This document shows positions 29,779 to 39,168 of a DNA stretch of 64,000 nucleotides, in pieces. Under the pieces are notes generated by a model. It saw only the letters and a list, made by a program, of their open reading frames with translations. It ran no database searches and had not been told where the DNA came from. A program made the translations under genes and the position numbers. The stretch's first letter is position 1, and each line of letters begins with the position of its first letter. The stretch is taken from IMG/VR virus record IMGVR_UViG_3300042397_001422; one strand, given 5' to 3'. Source of the stretch: an uncultured virus (IMG/VR IMGVR_UViG_3300042397_001422). Its lineage: Duplodnaviria > Heunggongvirae > Uroviricota > Caudoviricetes.

Positions 29779-30012
29779 GTGATAGTAAAAAAACTAAACA
29801 AATTAAAGGAAAAGGAGCATCGCTTGATGCTTTACAAAGATACATCACTAATGTTAGCGATGTTCTTTCTACCACTTGGTTACGATGCACTATTCAAACT
29901 AATGATGGAACTGACAGGTTCGTATTGGGGAGCAGACGTTATCTTTTACTCAATTTCAGGCTCTTTTTGGTTGGTGTATATATTTCTTACGAGATACTTA
30001 AATAAAAAATAA
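29779..30012 (+). CDS. small membrane protein
   Basis: Two hydrophobic segments. Confidence 0.5.
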   Translation: MIVKKLNKLKEKEHRLMLYKDTSLMLAMFFLPLGYDALFKLMMELTGSYWGADVIFYSISGSFWLVYIFLTRYLNKK

Positions 30013-30015
30013 ATT

Positions 30016-30420
30016 ATGGCATACGGAGATAAAGTAATAGACCATTTCAATAACCCACGTAACGTAGGTACTTTGGATAAAAGTAAATCCAACGTAGGTA
30101 CGGGATTAGTGGGTGCACCTGAATGTGGTGATGTAATGAGACTACAAATAGAAGTTAATGATAATATCATAACTGATGCCAAATTCAAAACCTTTGGATG
30201 TGGTTCTGCAATAGCAGCATCATCCCTAGCAACGGAATGGTTGAAAGGAATGTCAATAGATGATGCAATCAAAATGGATAATATGGAATTGGTAGAGGAA
30301 CTATCCCTACCACCAGTTAAGATACATTGTTCAGTATTGGCAGAAGATGCGATAAAAGAAGCAATAAAAGATTATAGACAAAAGCAAGGATTACAGGAAT
30401 TAATCCTTGAAGGAATCTAA
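30016..30420 (+). CDS. iscU: Fe-S cluster scaffold IscU
   Basis: DHFNNPRNVG, APECGDVM, FKTFGCGSAIA, LPPVKIHC. Confidence 0.95.
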   Translation: MAYGDKVIDHFNNPRNVGTLDKSKSNVGTGLVGAPECGDVMRLQIEVNDNIITDAKFKTFGCGSAIAASSLATEWLKGMSIDDAIKMDNMELVEELSLPPVKIHCSVLAEDAIKEAIKDYRQKQGLQELILEGI

Positions 30421-30439
30421 AAATAAAAAAATATAAATT

Positions 30440-30748
30440 ATGAGTTTTATCATTGGTAGGGCTTGTGTTGATTGTATGGATACTGCATGTGCAAGTGCAT
30501 GTCCAGTTGATTGTATTCATGGACCTATTGATATGGAAGGTTCAGGCGGTGAAATTGAAAGAGATGGTAGAGCAGCATTTCCCGGTGGGCAAATGTATAT
30601 CAACCCAGATACTTGTATAAATTGTGGAGCGTGTGTGCCGGAGTGTCCCGTTTCTGCTATCTATGAAGATGAAGATATCGCAATTGGGGCAGGAGATGAA
30701 GACTCCGTACATAAGAACTATGGTTTCTTTGGATTAAAATACAACTAA
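30440..30748 (+). CDS. dicluster ferredoxin (paralog of 22906)
   Basis: CVDC..CASACPVDCI..CINCGACVPECPV. Confidence 0.9.
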   Translation: MSFIIGRACVDCMDTACASACPVDCIHGPIDMEGSGGEIERDGRAAFPGGQMYINPDTCINCGACVPECPVSAIYEDEDIAIGAGDEDSVHKNYGFFGLKYN

Positions 30749-30777
30749 TTTAATCTTATCTTAAAAAAATTATATAT

Positions 30778-30800
30778 AACCTATTGATAACCAATAGGTT
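30778..30800. repeat. TTG-N5-CAA palindrome (operator and/or terminator)
   Basis: AACCTATTG-ATAAC-CAATAGGTT followed by T run. Confidence 0.6.
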
Positions 30801-30829
30801 ATTTTTTTTTTAAAATAATTGGTAAAATA

Positions 30830-30868
30830 TTTGGAAATGTGGTAAATAATGTGTAGTTTAGCTTTATA
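30830..30868 (+). promoter_or_regulatory. phage-variant promoter
   Basis: TTTG-N20-TAGTTTAG-CTTTATA. Confidence 0.7.
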
Positions 30869-30931
30869 ACAATGAGAGATAACACCCCTAATAGTAAGAC
30901 CCAAAATAATTTAAAAATAAATGGGTAAAAA

Positions 30932-30970
30932 TTTGGAAATACCGATTTTTATTAGTAGTTTAGCTTTGTA
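30932..30970 (+). promoter_or_regulatory. phage-variant promoter
   Basis: TTTG-N20-TAGTTTAG-CTTTGTA. Confidence 0.7.
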
Positions 30971-30998
30971 ATAATTGATAACACTAAAACATAAACAT

Positions 30999-33092
30999 AT
31001 GAGTAAATATTCTTATAAACCCCACGCCTCTTACTGGTTACGCGATTGGGAAGATGATGACATCTTAGTTACCAACATGAATGATGTTGAGCGTAAATCA
31101 CATGACCTTTATAAATTAGCCACTGCAAAGAGGGCGATTTCAAACTTCGTAAACATTGTTACTAACAAATCAATTCCTGTGAAATTCTCCGGTAAGGGTA
31201 ATTCCTATACTGATGGTAAAGCAGTGGTAATTGGTTCTAATGTAGTTGAACCAAAGGATTTTGACGTGGCAGTTGGATTGGCGTTACACGAGGGTTCTCA
31301 CATTAAATTATCTAACTTTGAATTATTGAGAGATATTCATTCAATGATTCCCGCTTCGGTTTCTGATTCCGCAATTAAAAAAGGGATTATGAATCCGATA
31401 TCAATCGTAAAAGATATTTGGAACTATGTTGAAGATAGACGAATTGACTGGTATGTATTTAATCAGGCACCTGGTTATAGAGAGTATTATCGTTCAATGT
31501 ATGATAAGTACTTTAATGACCCTTTAATTGATAAGGCATTGAAAAGTGATGAATATAATGAGGAAACTATTGAATCATATATGTTCAGAATTATCAACCT
31601 CCATAATAAAAACGCTGACCTTAATAAGTTGAACGGTCTTAAAGCCATTTACAAATTGGTTGGGTTGGGTAATATCAGCCGTTTACAATCTACAAAAGAT
31701 GCGTTTGATGTTGCATTGAGTATCTTTGAAGAGATTTTAACTAACTTACCTATCGCAACTAAAGCACAAGACCAATCTAACTCTACACAAGGTGAAACCG
31801 GTGAGGGAGAAAATGGAGACGAAGAAGGTGAAGGTGGTGGTGGTTCTGGTCAATCAAATGATGAATCGGATGAATCTGATTCTGATTCTGAAAATGGTAA
31901 AACTGAAATGGTGGGTGATGAAGATGAAAATTCAATGGGAGGTTCATCAATGTCTGCATCATCTCCGATGGAAGGTGGTAAGCCATCTACCTCTGATTCA
32001 GATGGTAGTTCAAAATCGGCTACCGAATTATCAGAAACTCAAAAAAAGTTATTAAAAAAGAAAATAGATAAACAAAAAGATTTCTTACGTGGTAATATCC
32101 ATAAGAAGGGTATTAGTAATAGAGAATTGACAGACCTTAACTCAATTGAAGAATCTGGTTCTGAAATTAAATCGGTGGGTGTGGATATGCCAAATGGTTG
32201 GGGTAACCCACAACGAGGTGTTGAATGTATTGTGGTTAATAAATTAACTACGGCATTGATGAATACCGACACGTTCCCTCTTAGTTATGTAAATTGGGAA
32301 ACTAAGGAATTTCACAAATATAATCAGGCTGCAATTGACAACGGAATTCGTATCGGAACTTTGTTAGGTAAGAGATTACAGGTACGAGGTGAAGATAGAA
32401 CGACGGTCTTTAATAGACAAAAAGTTGGTCGTATTGATAAGAGAATGATTTCATCATTAGGATTCGGAAACGAAAACGTTTTCCAATTTACTGAGATTGA
32501 TTCATACAAAAAGGCTAACTTGCACGTTTCGATTGATGCATCTGGTTCAATGAGTGGTAGAAAATGGGTGGAAACTCTTACCAACGTAACCGCGTTATGT
32601 AAGGCAGTTGATATGATTCAAAATCTATCAATTCAGATTTCAATCAGAACCACAACCGATTCAAAACCTTATGTGGTTATTGCTTATGATTCACGAGTTG
32701 ATAAGATTTCAAAAGTGAAAGCTTTATTCCCTGGCTTAAATGCAGGGGGTACTACACCGGAAGGATTATGTTACGAAGCAATTATGAAATTGTTAGTTCC
32801 ATCTAATAACGATATGGATTCGTATTTCTTAAACATATCCGATGGTGAACCTTACTTTAATGGAAGTAAGTTTGATTATCATGGTGGACCTGCTTACAAA
32901 CATACTCAAAAGATGGTTAGACAAATTGAAGGGATGGGTATTAAAACACTTTCTTACTTCGTAGAGGAAGGTAGTTCAGGTAGAATTTCATCGGCATTTA
33001 AAACGATGTATGGTAAGGGTGCTGAATGTATTGATGTGACAAACGTTTCACAAATCACCAAAACAATGAATTCACTCTTTCTTTCTAAATAA
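30999..33092 (+). CDS. metallopeptidase-like plus VWA domain protein (MoxR partner, CobT-like)
   Basis: HEGSH, VEDRRI, acidic linker, DASGS MIDAS, GGTT, ISDG. Confidence 0.85.
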   Translation: MSKYSYKPHASYWLRDWEDDDILVTNMNDVERKSHDLYKLATAKRAISNFVNIVTNKSIPVKFSGKGNSYTDGKAVVIGSNVVEPKDFDVAVGLALHEGSHIKLSNFELLRDIHSMIPASVSDSAIKKGIMNPISIVKDIWNYVEDRRIDWYVFNQAPGYREYYRSMYDKYFNDPLIDKALKSDEYNEETIESYMFRIINLHNKNADLNKLNGLKAIYKLVGLGNISRLQSTKDAFDVALSIFEEILTNLPIATKAQDQSNSTQGETGEGENGDEEGEGGGGSGQSNDESDESDSDSENGKTEMVGDEDENSMGGSSMSASSPMEGGKPSTSDSDGSSKSATELSETQKKLLKKKIDKQKDFLRGNIHKKGISNRELTDLNSIEESGSEIKSVGVDMPNGWGNPQRGVECIVVNKLTTALMNTDTFPLSYVNWETKEFHKYNQAAIDNGIRIGTLLGKRLQVRGEDRTTVFNRQKVGRIDKRMISSLGFGNENVFQFTEIDSYKKANLHVSIDASGSMSGRKWVETLTNVTALCKAVDMIQNLSIQISIRTTTDSKPYVVIAYDSRVDKISKVKALFPGLNAGGTTPEGLCYEAIMKLLVPSNNDMDSYFLNISDGEPYFNGSKFDYHGGPAYKHTQKMVRQIEGMGIKTLSYFVEEGSSGRISSAFKTMYGKGAECIDVTNVSQITKTMNSLFLSK

Positions 33093-33097
33093 TATAT

Positions 33098-33120
33098 AAG
33101 TCATTGGTTTTCAATGGCTT
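33098..33120. repeat. TTG-N5-CAA palindrome
   Basis: AAGTCATTG-GTTTT-CAATGGCTT. Confidence 0.6.
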
Positions 33121-33162
33121 GTTTTTATTCATAAAAAAACTTTAAAAATAAATGGCAATATA

Positions 33163-33201
33163 TTTGGAAATCTCAATAAAAGGTCGTATATTAGCTTTGT
33201 A
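33163..33201 (+). promoter_or_regulatory. phage-variant promoter
   Basis: TTTG-N20-TATATTAG-CTTTGTA. Confidence 0.7.
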
Positions 33202-33229
33202 ATAATTGATAACATTAAAACTTAAAACA

Positions 33230-34447
33230 ATGAAAAAAAATCTCGATTTAAATGTGGTAGGGTTCGTTGCTAACGAAATCTACAAAGTAGAAAAATTTGG
33301 TAGTACTTTCAAAATGATTGACACTGCCGGTAACAAGGTTGGTACATTAGGTACATCCTTAACCCGTAAACAAGCCTTCAACGAAGGTAAAGCGGTTCAA
33401 GCCTATGTAGATAAGACAGGTAAAAAAACCTATCGTAAAGTAGATATGGGTGTATATAACGCGATGATTATCCCAATGAATACCGCAGATGGTGGTATCC
33501 AAATTGAGGAATCCGCAGACCACAATGCAGTTAAGGATTTCATCCACAAGGGTTCGGTATCGTTAAAACCACGTGAGTTGGTGATGACAGACCTTAAGTG
33601 GAAATATTTAATACGTTCAGCAGTTCGTGCTAAGAATATTATGATGACCGGCCCTGCTGGTTGTGGTAAAACATTAGCCGCAAAGGCGTTGGTTAAATCA
33701 TTAGAGAGACCTGATTTCTATTTCAACTTAGGTGCCACTCAAGACCCGAGAGCAACCTTAATTGGTAATACTCACTTTGACCAAGGCAAGGGAACGTTCT
33801 TCTCTGAATCTGCTTTCGTTAAAGCGATTAAGACACCAAACGCAGTTATCTTATTGGATGAGTTAAGTAGAGCTCACCCAGATGCTTGGAATATCTTAAT
33901 GAGTGTTTTAGACCAAGGTCAAAGATACTTACGATTGGACGAGGCAGAAGGTTCACCAATTGTAAATGTTGCAGACGGAGTTACCTTTATCGCAACTGCC
34001 AATATTGGTTCTGAATATACCTCTACTCGTGTTATTGACCGAGCAATGTTAGACCGTTTCGTAACAATTGAAATGGATGTGTTGAATGATGTACAGGAAT
34101 TTGAATTACTTAAATATATGTTCCCAGAAGTTGCTGAAGATGATTTGAAAGCAATCTCTGAGATTTCTCACCACACAAGAACTCAATCAATGAGTGATAG
34201 TGGAAAGTTATCCTCAATGGTTTCTACCAGAGCATCGGTTGAAATGGCGAGTTTGGTTTATGATGGATTCAATTTGTTTGAAGCTGCAGAGATTTCAATC
34301 TTCCCTTTCTTCTCTAACGATGGTGGGGTTGATTCTGAAAGAACTTATGTTAAGCAATTAGTTCAAAAGTACGAAAAGGATGAAAATGGTTCTCCGCTTT
34401 TCGAAGCGAAGACTGAAGATAATGTGGATGAGATTCCACAGTTTTAG
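33230..34447 (+). CDS. MoxR/CbbQ/CobS-type AAA+ ATPase
   Basis: GPAGCGKT, LLDE, ATAN, DRAMLDRF, STR. Confidence 0.9.
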   Translation: MKKNLDLNVVGFVANEIYKVEKFGSTFKMIDTAGNKVGTLGTSLTRKQAFNEGKAVQAYVDKTGKKTYRKVDMGVYNAMIIPMNTADGGIQIEESADHNAVKDFIHKGSVSLKPRELVMTDLKWKYLIRSAVRAKNIMMTGPAGCGKTLAAKALVKSLERPDFYFNLGATQDPRATLIGNTHFDQGKGTFFSESAFVKAIKTPNAVILLDELSRAHPDAWNILMSVLDQGQRYLRLDEAEGSPIVNVADGVTFIATANIGSEYTSTRVIDRAMLDRFVTIEMDVLNDVQEFELLKYMFPEVAEDDLKAISEISHHTRTQSMSDSGKLSSMVSTRASVEMASLVYDGFNLFEAAEISIFPFFSNDGGVDSERTYVKQLVQKYEKDENGSPLFEAKTEDNVDEIPQF

Positions 34448-34470
34448 GGTTAATCATTATTACAACTGAA

Positions 34471-34502
34471 TGGGGGGAGTTTCTCCCCTCCTTCTTTTAT
34501 TT
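34471..34502 (+). terminator. probable terminator
   Basis: GGGGGGAG..CTCCCCTCC followed by T-rich tail. Confidence 0.55.
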
Positions 34503-34522
34503 AACCTTAAAATAACTAGATT

Positions 34523-34732
34523 ATGGTGAAGAATGAAATGACCGAAGAACGAAAACAAGCATTACAAACATTAATAGCTTGGTATTGGGTAGATGGACTA
34601 AATCATATTAGTAAAGCGGATTATCAATTTTTATATGATTTATATGACCACTCACTTGGATTTTATGGCGATGATGTTCAACTTAGATTAAATGCAATTA
34701 GAGACGTTTATTTAAATTATAAATCAATATGA
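34523..34732 (+). CDS. hypothetical protein
   Basis: ORF in packed run. Confidence 0.55.
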   Translation: MVKNEMTEERKQALQTLIAWYWVDGLNHISKADYQFLYDLYDHSLGFYGDDVQLRLNAIRDVYLNYKSI

Positions 34733-35064
34733 AAACATTAGGAACTAAATACGGAATTAATATTACAAAGCCCTGGAATCAGGATATGTATACTCATAAC
34801 GAAAAGATTGGTGAGATAATGAAAACCAATATTAAAAAGGCTTTGATAAAAGCATATAGTGAAGATGATGAGAAATCATTAAGAGAAATTTCTAAGGCAG
34901 TAGTTGCACATGGATATGGTAGCGGATATGAGATTGATGATATATATGATGAAACTATATTAGGAATTGAGAATTCTGAAAACTATTGGTTGAATCAAGA
35001 GTATCCAGATTTAGTAAGAGATGGATATGTACCAGAACTATCAGAGGATATGGTTGGCTATTAA
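34729..35064 (+). CDS. hypothetical protein
   Basis: ATGA overlap with upstream ORF. Confidence 0.6.
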   Translation: MKTLGTKYGINITKPWNQDMYTHNEKIGEIMKTNIKKALIKAYSEDDEKSLREISKAVVAHGYGSGYEIDDIYDETILGIENSENYWLNQEYPDLVRDGYVPELSEDMVGY

Positions 35065-35075
35065 AAAACAATTAT

Positions 35076-35279
35076 ATGAATACCCATTATTTAAAAGAAA
35101 TCATTAAACTTGCAAGAGAAGGCAAAGAATCTTTATTAGTTAGAAAAGAAATCATAATGGATGACGATACTACTGATGAAGAATTGGGTACGATTATTCG
35201 TATGATGTATAGAGCAAAAGTAAATACTGCAGATGAAACAATCACCCAAACCCAAAATATCATTAACAATGCCTCTTAA
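35076..35279 (+). CDS. hypothetical protein
   Basis: Start moved to ATG 35076. Confidence 0.55.
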   Translation: MNTHYLKEIIKLAREGKESLLVRKEIIMDDDTTDEELGTIIRMMYRAKVNTADETITQTQNIINNAS

Positions 35280-35451
35280 AAAAGATTTAAAGAACTTACA
35301 ATTAGCATTACAGGAAGTAGAATCAACTAATCCAACTAATTGGTTTGGTAAACTATTTAAAAAATTTAAAATTACTAACCTTAATATGCTAATTTTAAAA
35401 ACAAAATCGAAACTGCAAGATTTAAAAATTCAAAAACAATATAATAAATGA
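35269..35451 (+). CDS. hypothetical protein
   Basis: Start moved to ATG 35269. Confidence 0.5.
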   Translation: MPLKKDLKNLQLALQEVESTNPTNWFGKLFKKFKITNLNMLILKTKSKLQDLKIQKQYNK

Positions 35452-35568
35452 GTAAACCTATAAACGAAAACTGGCTAGAAAAGTTGGTAAAAAATTACCA
35501 CGTACCAAAACAAGAAGAAATTAAATCAAACAAGATTCTAACCGAATCACAAATAAAAATTATCCAAA

Positions 35569-35877
35569 ATGGGAAAGATAAAGGAAAACCTAGTAAACAA
35601 TCTTAGTGAAGATGACTTCTACACACTACAAGAAATGAGTGATGAAGAACAACGATATCAAGAATGGATTAATTCAGATGAATATATCCAATTTGTAAAC
35701 GAACAATTAGCAGAAAGTAAACCAGTGTTTTCAACTGAAGATATAAAAAATGCATTAGATTGGGCTAAATCTGCAATTAACGTAGAACCAACTGATATTG
35801 GTAAAGATGTATACGATATTCTATTTATTGAAAAAGTAGAAGAACATTTAAATAAAATTCGTTATGATAAATTTTAA
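35569..35877 (+). CDS. hypothetical protein
   Basis: ORF in packed run. Confidence 0.6.
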   Translation: MGKIKENLVNNLSEDDFYTLQEMSDEEQRYQEWINSDEYIQFVNEQLAESKPVFSTEDIKNALDWAKSAINVEPTDIGKDVYDILFIEKVEEHLNKIRYDKF

Positions 35878-36361
35878 GGATTACATACAAACAATTCCTG
35901 ATTTTCCAAAGGAAGGAATTATGTATAGAGATATCCAACCATTACTTGCTAATCAAAATGTATTTAAAGAGGCAATTAAAAGAATGGGTACGTTGGTAGA
36001 GATACCTGATTATTGGGTGGCAGTAGAAGCAAGAGGATTTCTTTTTGCATCTGCACTATCTTATAAGTTTGGTGGGGGTATCCGAATGATACGCAAGAAA
36101 GGGAAATTGCCAACTAAAGATAATTGGGGATTACCATACAATTTGGAATATGGCACTGATATGTTAGAAATGTCTAAGTTTGGTAATGATGGTTCAACCG
36201 CAGTTATAGTAGATGATGTCCTTGCAACAGGTGGTACAATTGATACTGCCGAATTATTATGTAAGGCAGAGGGGTTGAAAGTTATCGGTAAATTATGTTT
36301 GGTGGATATTGGTATTGTAGATAGACCAGATGTTAAAAGTTTAATATACTATGAAGATTAA
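35864..36361 (+). CDS. apt: adenine phosphoribosyltransferase
   Basis: PDFPKEGI.YRDI, EARGF, RKKGKLP, LEYG, IVDDVLATGGT. Confidence 0.92.
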   Translation: MINFKDYIQTIPDFPKEGIMYRDIQPLLANQNVFKEAIKRMGTLVEIPDYWVAVEARGFLFASALSYKFGGGIRMIRKKGKLPTKDNWGLPYNLEYGTDMLEMSKFGNDGSTAVIVDDVLATGGTIDTAELLCKAEGLKVIGKLCLVDIGIVDRPDVKSLIYYED

Positions 36362-36911
36362 GTTATTCGTTGCATTAGAAACCGAACTCCCAAAGGAACT
36401 TCTACCAGAAGGAGTGGAGGTATTTTATACCGGAGTGGGTAAGGTTAATGCTGCAATAAAAGCAACCGAAGTCCTCTCCCCTACATATGAAGTATACAAT
36501 ACTAATACAATGGTGTTAAACTATGGTTCTGCCGGCTCAAAATCCACACCAACCCATTCTTTGGTAGAGTGTAAGGTATTTGTTCAAGAGGATATGGATG
36601 GTAGACCATTTTCACCCCTAAAAACTACTCCCTTTGATAAGGAAATGTATCCACAAATAGGTGATGAACCGATTATATTTGGGGCAGGAGGGTATCTTTG
36701 TCATACACAAGACCACTTTGAACAAAACCCTAAAAATGGGGTATTTGATATGGAAGCATATGCTTTGGCAAAGGTTTGTAAGATATATGGGTATGATTTT
36801 AAGGCTTATAAATTCATATCAGATGATGGCAATCCAGATGATTGGGAAGAGAATCACCATTTAGGAGCTGAATTATTTCTAAAAGAATTGAATAAATATT
36901 TGGTAGATTGA
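36351..36911 (+). CDS. MTA/SAH nucleosidase-like (PNP/UDP family)
   Basis: GVGKVNAA, NYGSAG, DMEAYA, KFISD. Confidence 0.85.
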   Translation: MKIKLFVALETELPKELLPEGVEVFYTGVGKVNAAIKATEVLSPTYEVYNTNTMVLNYGSAGSKSTPTHSLVECKVFVQEDMDGRPFSPLKTTPFDKEMYPQIGDEPIIFGAGGYLCHTQDHFEQNPKNGVFDMEAYALAKVCKIYGYDFKAYKFISDDGNPDDWEENHHLGAELFLKELNKYLVD

Positions 36912-36930
36912 GAATAAATTCGTATATTTA
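36899..36930 (+). promoter_or_regulatory. Bacteroidota-type promoter
   Basis: TTTG-N20-TATATTTA. Confidence 0.6.
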
Positions 36931-37025
36931 CATATAAATAAAAACATCAAATGAGATTATGGTTCACGTCCCACCATAGTTAAGTTTGAATAATTGTTAA
37001 TCAACGGGACTAAAAAAACAACAAT

Positions 37026-37196
37026 ATGAAAAAAGTACTATTTGCACTTTTCATCGCAGCAGGTTTAACTGCATGTGGTGGTAACGCTTCGACTGAAGCT
37101 ACAACTGATTCAACGACCGTAGTAACCGATTCTTCTGCAGTAGCAGCTGATTCTACTTCTACACCAGTAGTTGATTCTACTTCAGCAGTGAAGTAA
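37026..37196 (+). CDS. 56-aa Ser/Thr-rich lipoprotein (not in ORF track)
   Basis: MKKVLFALFIAAGLTAC lipobox; repeated DST/DSS motifs. Confidence 0.75.
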   Translation: MKKVLFALFIAAGLTACGGNASTEATTDSTTVVTDSSAVAADSTSTPVVDSTSAVK

Positions 37197-37199
37197 TTA

Positions 37200-37242
37200 A
37201 GTGGAGCTTTAGGAGTGTAGGGTTCGAATCCCTACTCCACTC
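37200..37242 (+). ncRNA. tRNA-like element with acceptor stem and T-arm only
   Basis: AGTGGAG/CTCCACT 7-bp stem; TAGGG-TTCGAAT-CCCTA; 11-nt linker with no anticodon arm. Confidence 0.65.
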
Positions 37243-37270
37243 AAATTTTTAAAATTTATACTAAAAAGTT

Positions 37271-37534
37271 ATGAAAACATTTAAAGATATCCAATTCAAA
37301 ATAAACCCAATGGGTTCTGATTTTGGAATTGTAAGCAGAACTCAATTCGATAATGGGTATGAAGTATCCGTAGTAAAAAGCCCACATTCATATGGTGGTG
37401 ATAAGGGATTATACGAATTGGCTATTTTCAAAGATGGTGAGATATGTTATGATACTCCAATTACGGATGATGTAATTGGTTATCTAAGACCAGAGGATGT
37501 AACCGATGTAATGGAACGCGTTGAAAAATTATAA
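37271..37534 (+). CDS. phage hypothetical protein
   Basis: FDNGYEVSV..SYGG..GLYELA. Confidence 0.65.
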   Translation: MKTFKDIQFKINPMGSDFGIVSRTQFDNGYEVSVVKSPHSYGGDKGLYELAIFKDGEICYDTPITDDVIGYLRPEDVTDVMERVEKL

Positions 37535-37537
37535 TCC

Positions 37538-38059
37538 ATGTCAGGCAAAGTAATTTTTATAGATGTTGATGGCCCTTTGGCTTGGGGGACGTGGGATGAA
37601 GGTAAAGTAAAAATAATGAAGGGAACTTCGCATGAATTTACAATACCATACCCGTGGGTTAAAGAAGATTGTGATGCACTCGCTGAAATTATAAAACAAA
37701 CCGATGCACGATTAGTAGTATCATCAGATTGGAGAAAGCATTATACTCTTGCTGATTTGGCTATGATATTCGAATACTATGGTATTGGTAGATGGAATTT
37801 ATTAGATACCACCACCCACTTTAATCCTAAAAAGAAAATGAGTTCATCAGGCGAATGGGATAGAGCGTGTGAGATTGAGACATGGGTTAAATCATTCAAA
37901 CCTACTAATTGGATTTCTATTGATGATATGCAATTAAATTATGGTTACAAATCATTAGGTATCGCACAATTTCATCACGTACAAGTTAGTGGTGATTGGG
38001 GTAATGGTGGTAAATTGAGAGATAAGATTGATGAATGTGTTAAAAAATTAAATAGATGA
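37538..38059 (+). CDS. HAD-family protein (HAD_SAK_2-like)
   Basis: FIDVDG, VSSDWR, R..EI..W, SIDD. Confidence 0.75.
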   Translation: MSGKVIFIDVDGPLAWGTWDEGKVKIMKGTSHEFTIPYPWVKEDCDALAEIIKQTDARLVVSSDWRKHYTLADLAMIFEYYGIGRWNLLDTTTHFNPKKKMSSSGEWDRACEIETWVKSFKPTNWISIDDMQLNYGYKSLGIAQFHHVQVSGDWGNGGKLRDKIDECVKKLNR

Positions 38060-38547
38060 GTTACAATAAATTCAGATGGTATACGAAGGGAAGACCAAAT
38101 AAACCACTTCATTCAGATGCCCCACTTTTATTAAAGATACGAAATGGTGACTTTGATTATTCTTATATGTTTAGTGAAGCTAGGGAAGTTAAAGAGAGTG
38201 CCAAGAAAGCTAGTGAGGATGCTTATAATAATTATGGGGGTACGGATATCAAAAATCGTAATGAGGCTTCTTTGGAGGCTGGAAGGATGAAGCGAATTAA
38301 GGCTATCAAATTAGAATTGGAAGCCTTTGCAGATGAAAATAGAATCCTTTGGAAATTACGAAAAGAATTAAAAGAAGAGTTTGGTAAAGACCTTTGGGAA
38401 AAATCATTAGAACGTCAGAGAGGTAAGGGTACATTAGAAAATTTATACTATTGGTATAAGAAACAGGTTAAAGAAGCAACCACTAAATCTGAAATAGATA
38501 TCCAATTTAAAAGGGCTAACACACGAGGATTATCACACCTATTTTAG
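38056..38547 (+). CDS. hypothetical protein
   Basis: ATGA overlap with upstream ORF. Confidence 0.6.
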   Translation: MSYNKFRWYTKGRPNKPLHSDAPLLLKIRNGDFDYSYMFSEAREVKESAKKASEDAYNNYGGTDIKNRNEASLEAGRMKRIKAIKLELEAFADENRILWKLRKELKEEFGKDLWEKSLERQRGKGTLENLYYWYKKQVKEATTKSEIDIQFKRANTRGLSHLF

Positions 38548-38767
38548 TGTAAAAATTAAATGTTGGATATATATTATAGGAATATGATATAATCAAACTG
38601 ATATGAAAAAACTACTAAAGGTGATAAATTCAATGTCTAACATATTGCAAATAGATGCAACTAGAAAATATATAGATTTGTATTATAAACAATTTGGAGA
38701 AACTCGTAAGGATGTAATAGAATATTATTTTCGTAATAAAAAGAAAAATTTGAAGAACTAAGGTCTA

Positions 38768-39100
38768 ATGGACGAACCAAGAGAGATATTAACAATTTAC
38801 ATAGGTAATTCTGATATTTTTGAATGGGCAACTGATAGAGGTAAATCAGTATTGATGTCCGAATTATTGGTTGGTTGTGAAGAATTATTATATAATGAGT
38901 TAAATGAAGTTAAGTGTCTAAGAGTTGAATCATTTGTAAGAGGGAAACATATGGCATATGATTTTTCAATTTACAAGGATGGATATGATGAAACGTTAGA
39001 AAAAATAATGGACTGGGCATTAGAACATGAGGAATATGAAATGTGTCAGAGAGTTACTGAACTAAAAAATTATACAAATAAACAAATAAATGAATTTTAA
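38768..39100 (+). CDS. hypothetical protein with UVR-like C-terminal motif
   Basis: EEYEMCQRV..L. Confidence 0.55.
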   Translation: MDEPREILTIYIGNSDIFEWATDRGKSVLMSELLVGCEELLYNELNEVKCLRVESFVRGKHMAYDFSIYKDGYDETLEKIMDWALEHEEYEMCQRVTELKNYTNKQINEF

Positions 39101-39168
39101 ATTCATAATGTAGCAAAAAATATATTTTTAATATTTAAAGATATAAGATACATTTAATTTATATTGTT

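Noticed and set aside
30872..30928. 18-aa ORF MRDNTPNSKTQNNLKING
   Set aside because: The ATG is part of the conserved ATGAGAGATA leader and the frame runs into the next promoter's upstream element
37200..37244. Functional tRNA or tmRNA
   Set aside because: No anticodon or D stem; no G3-U70 pair or tag reading frame
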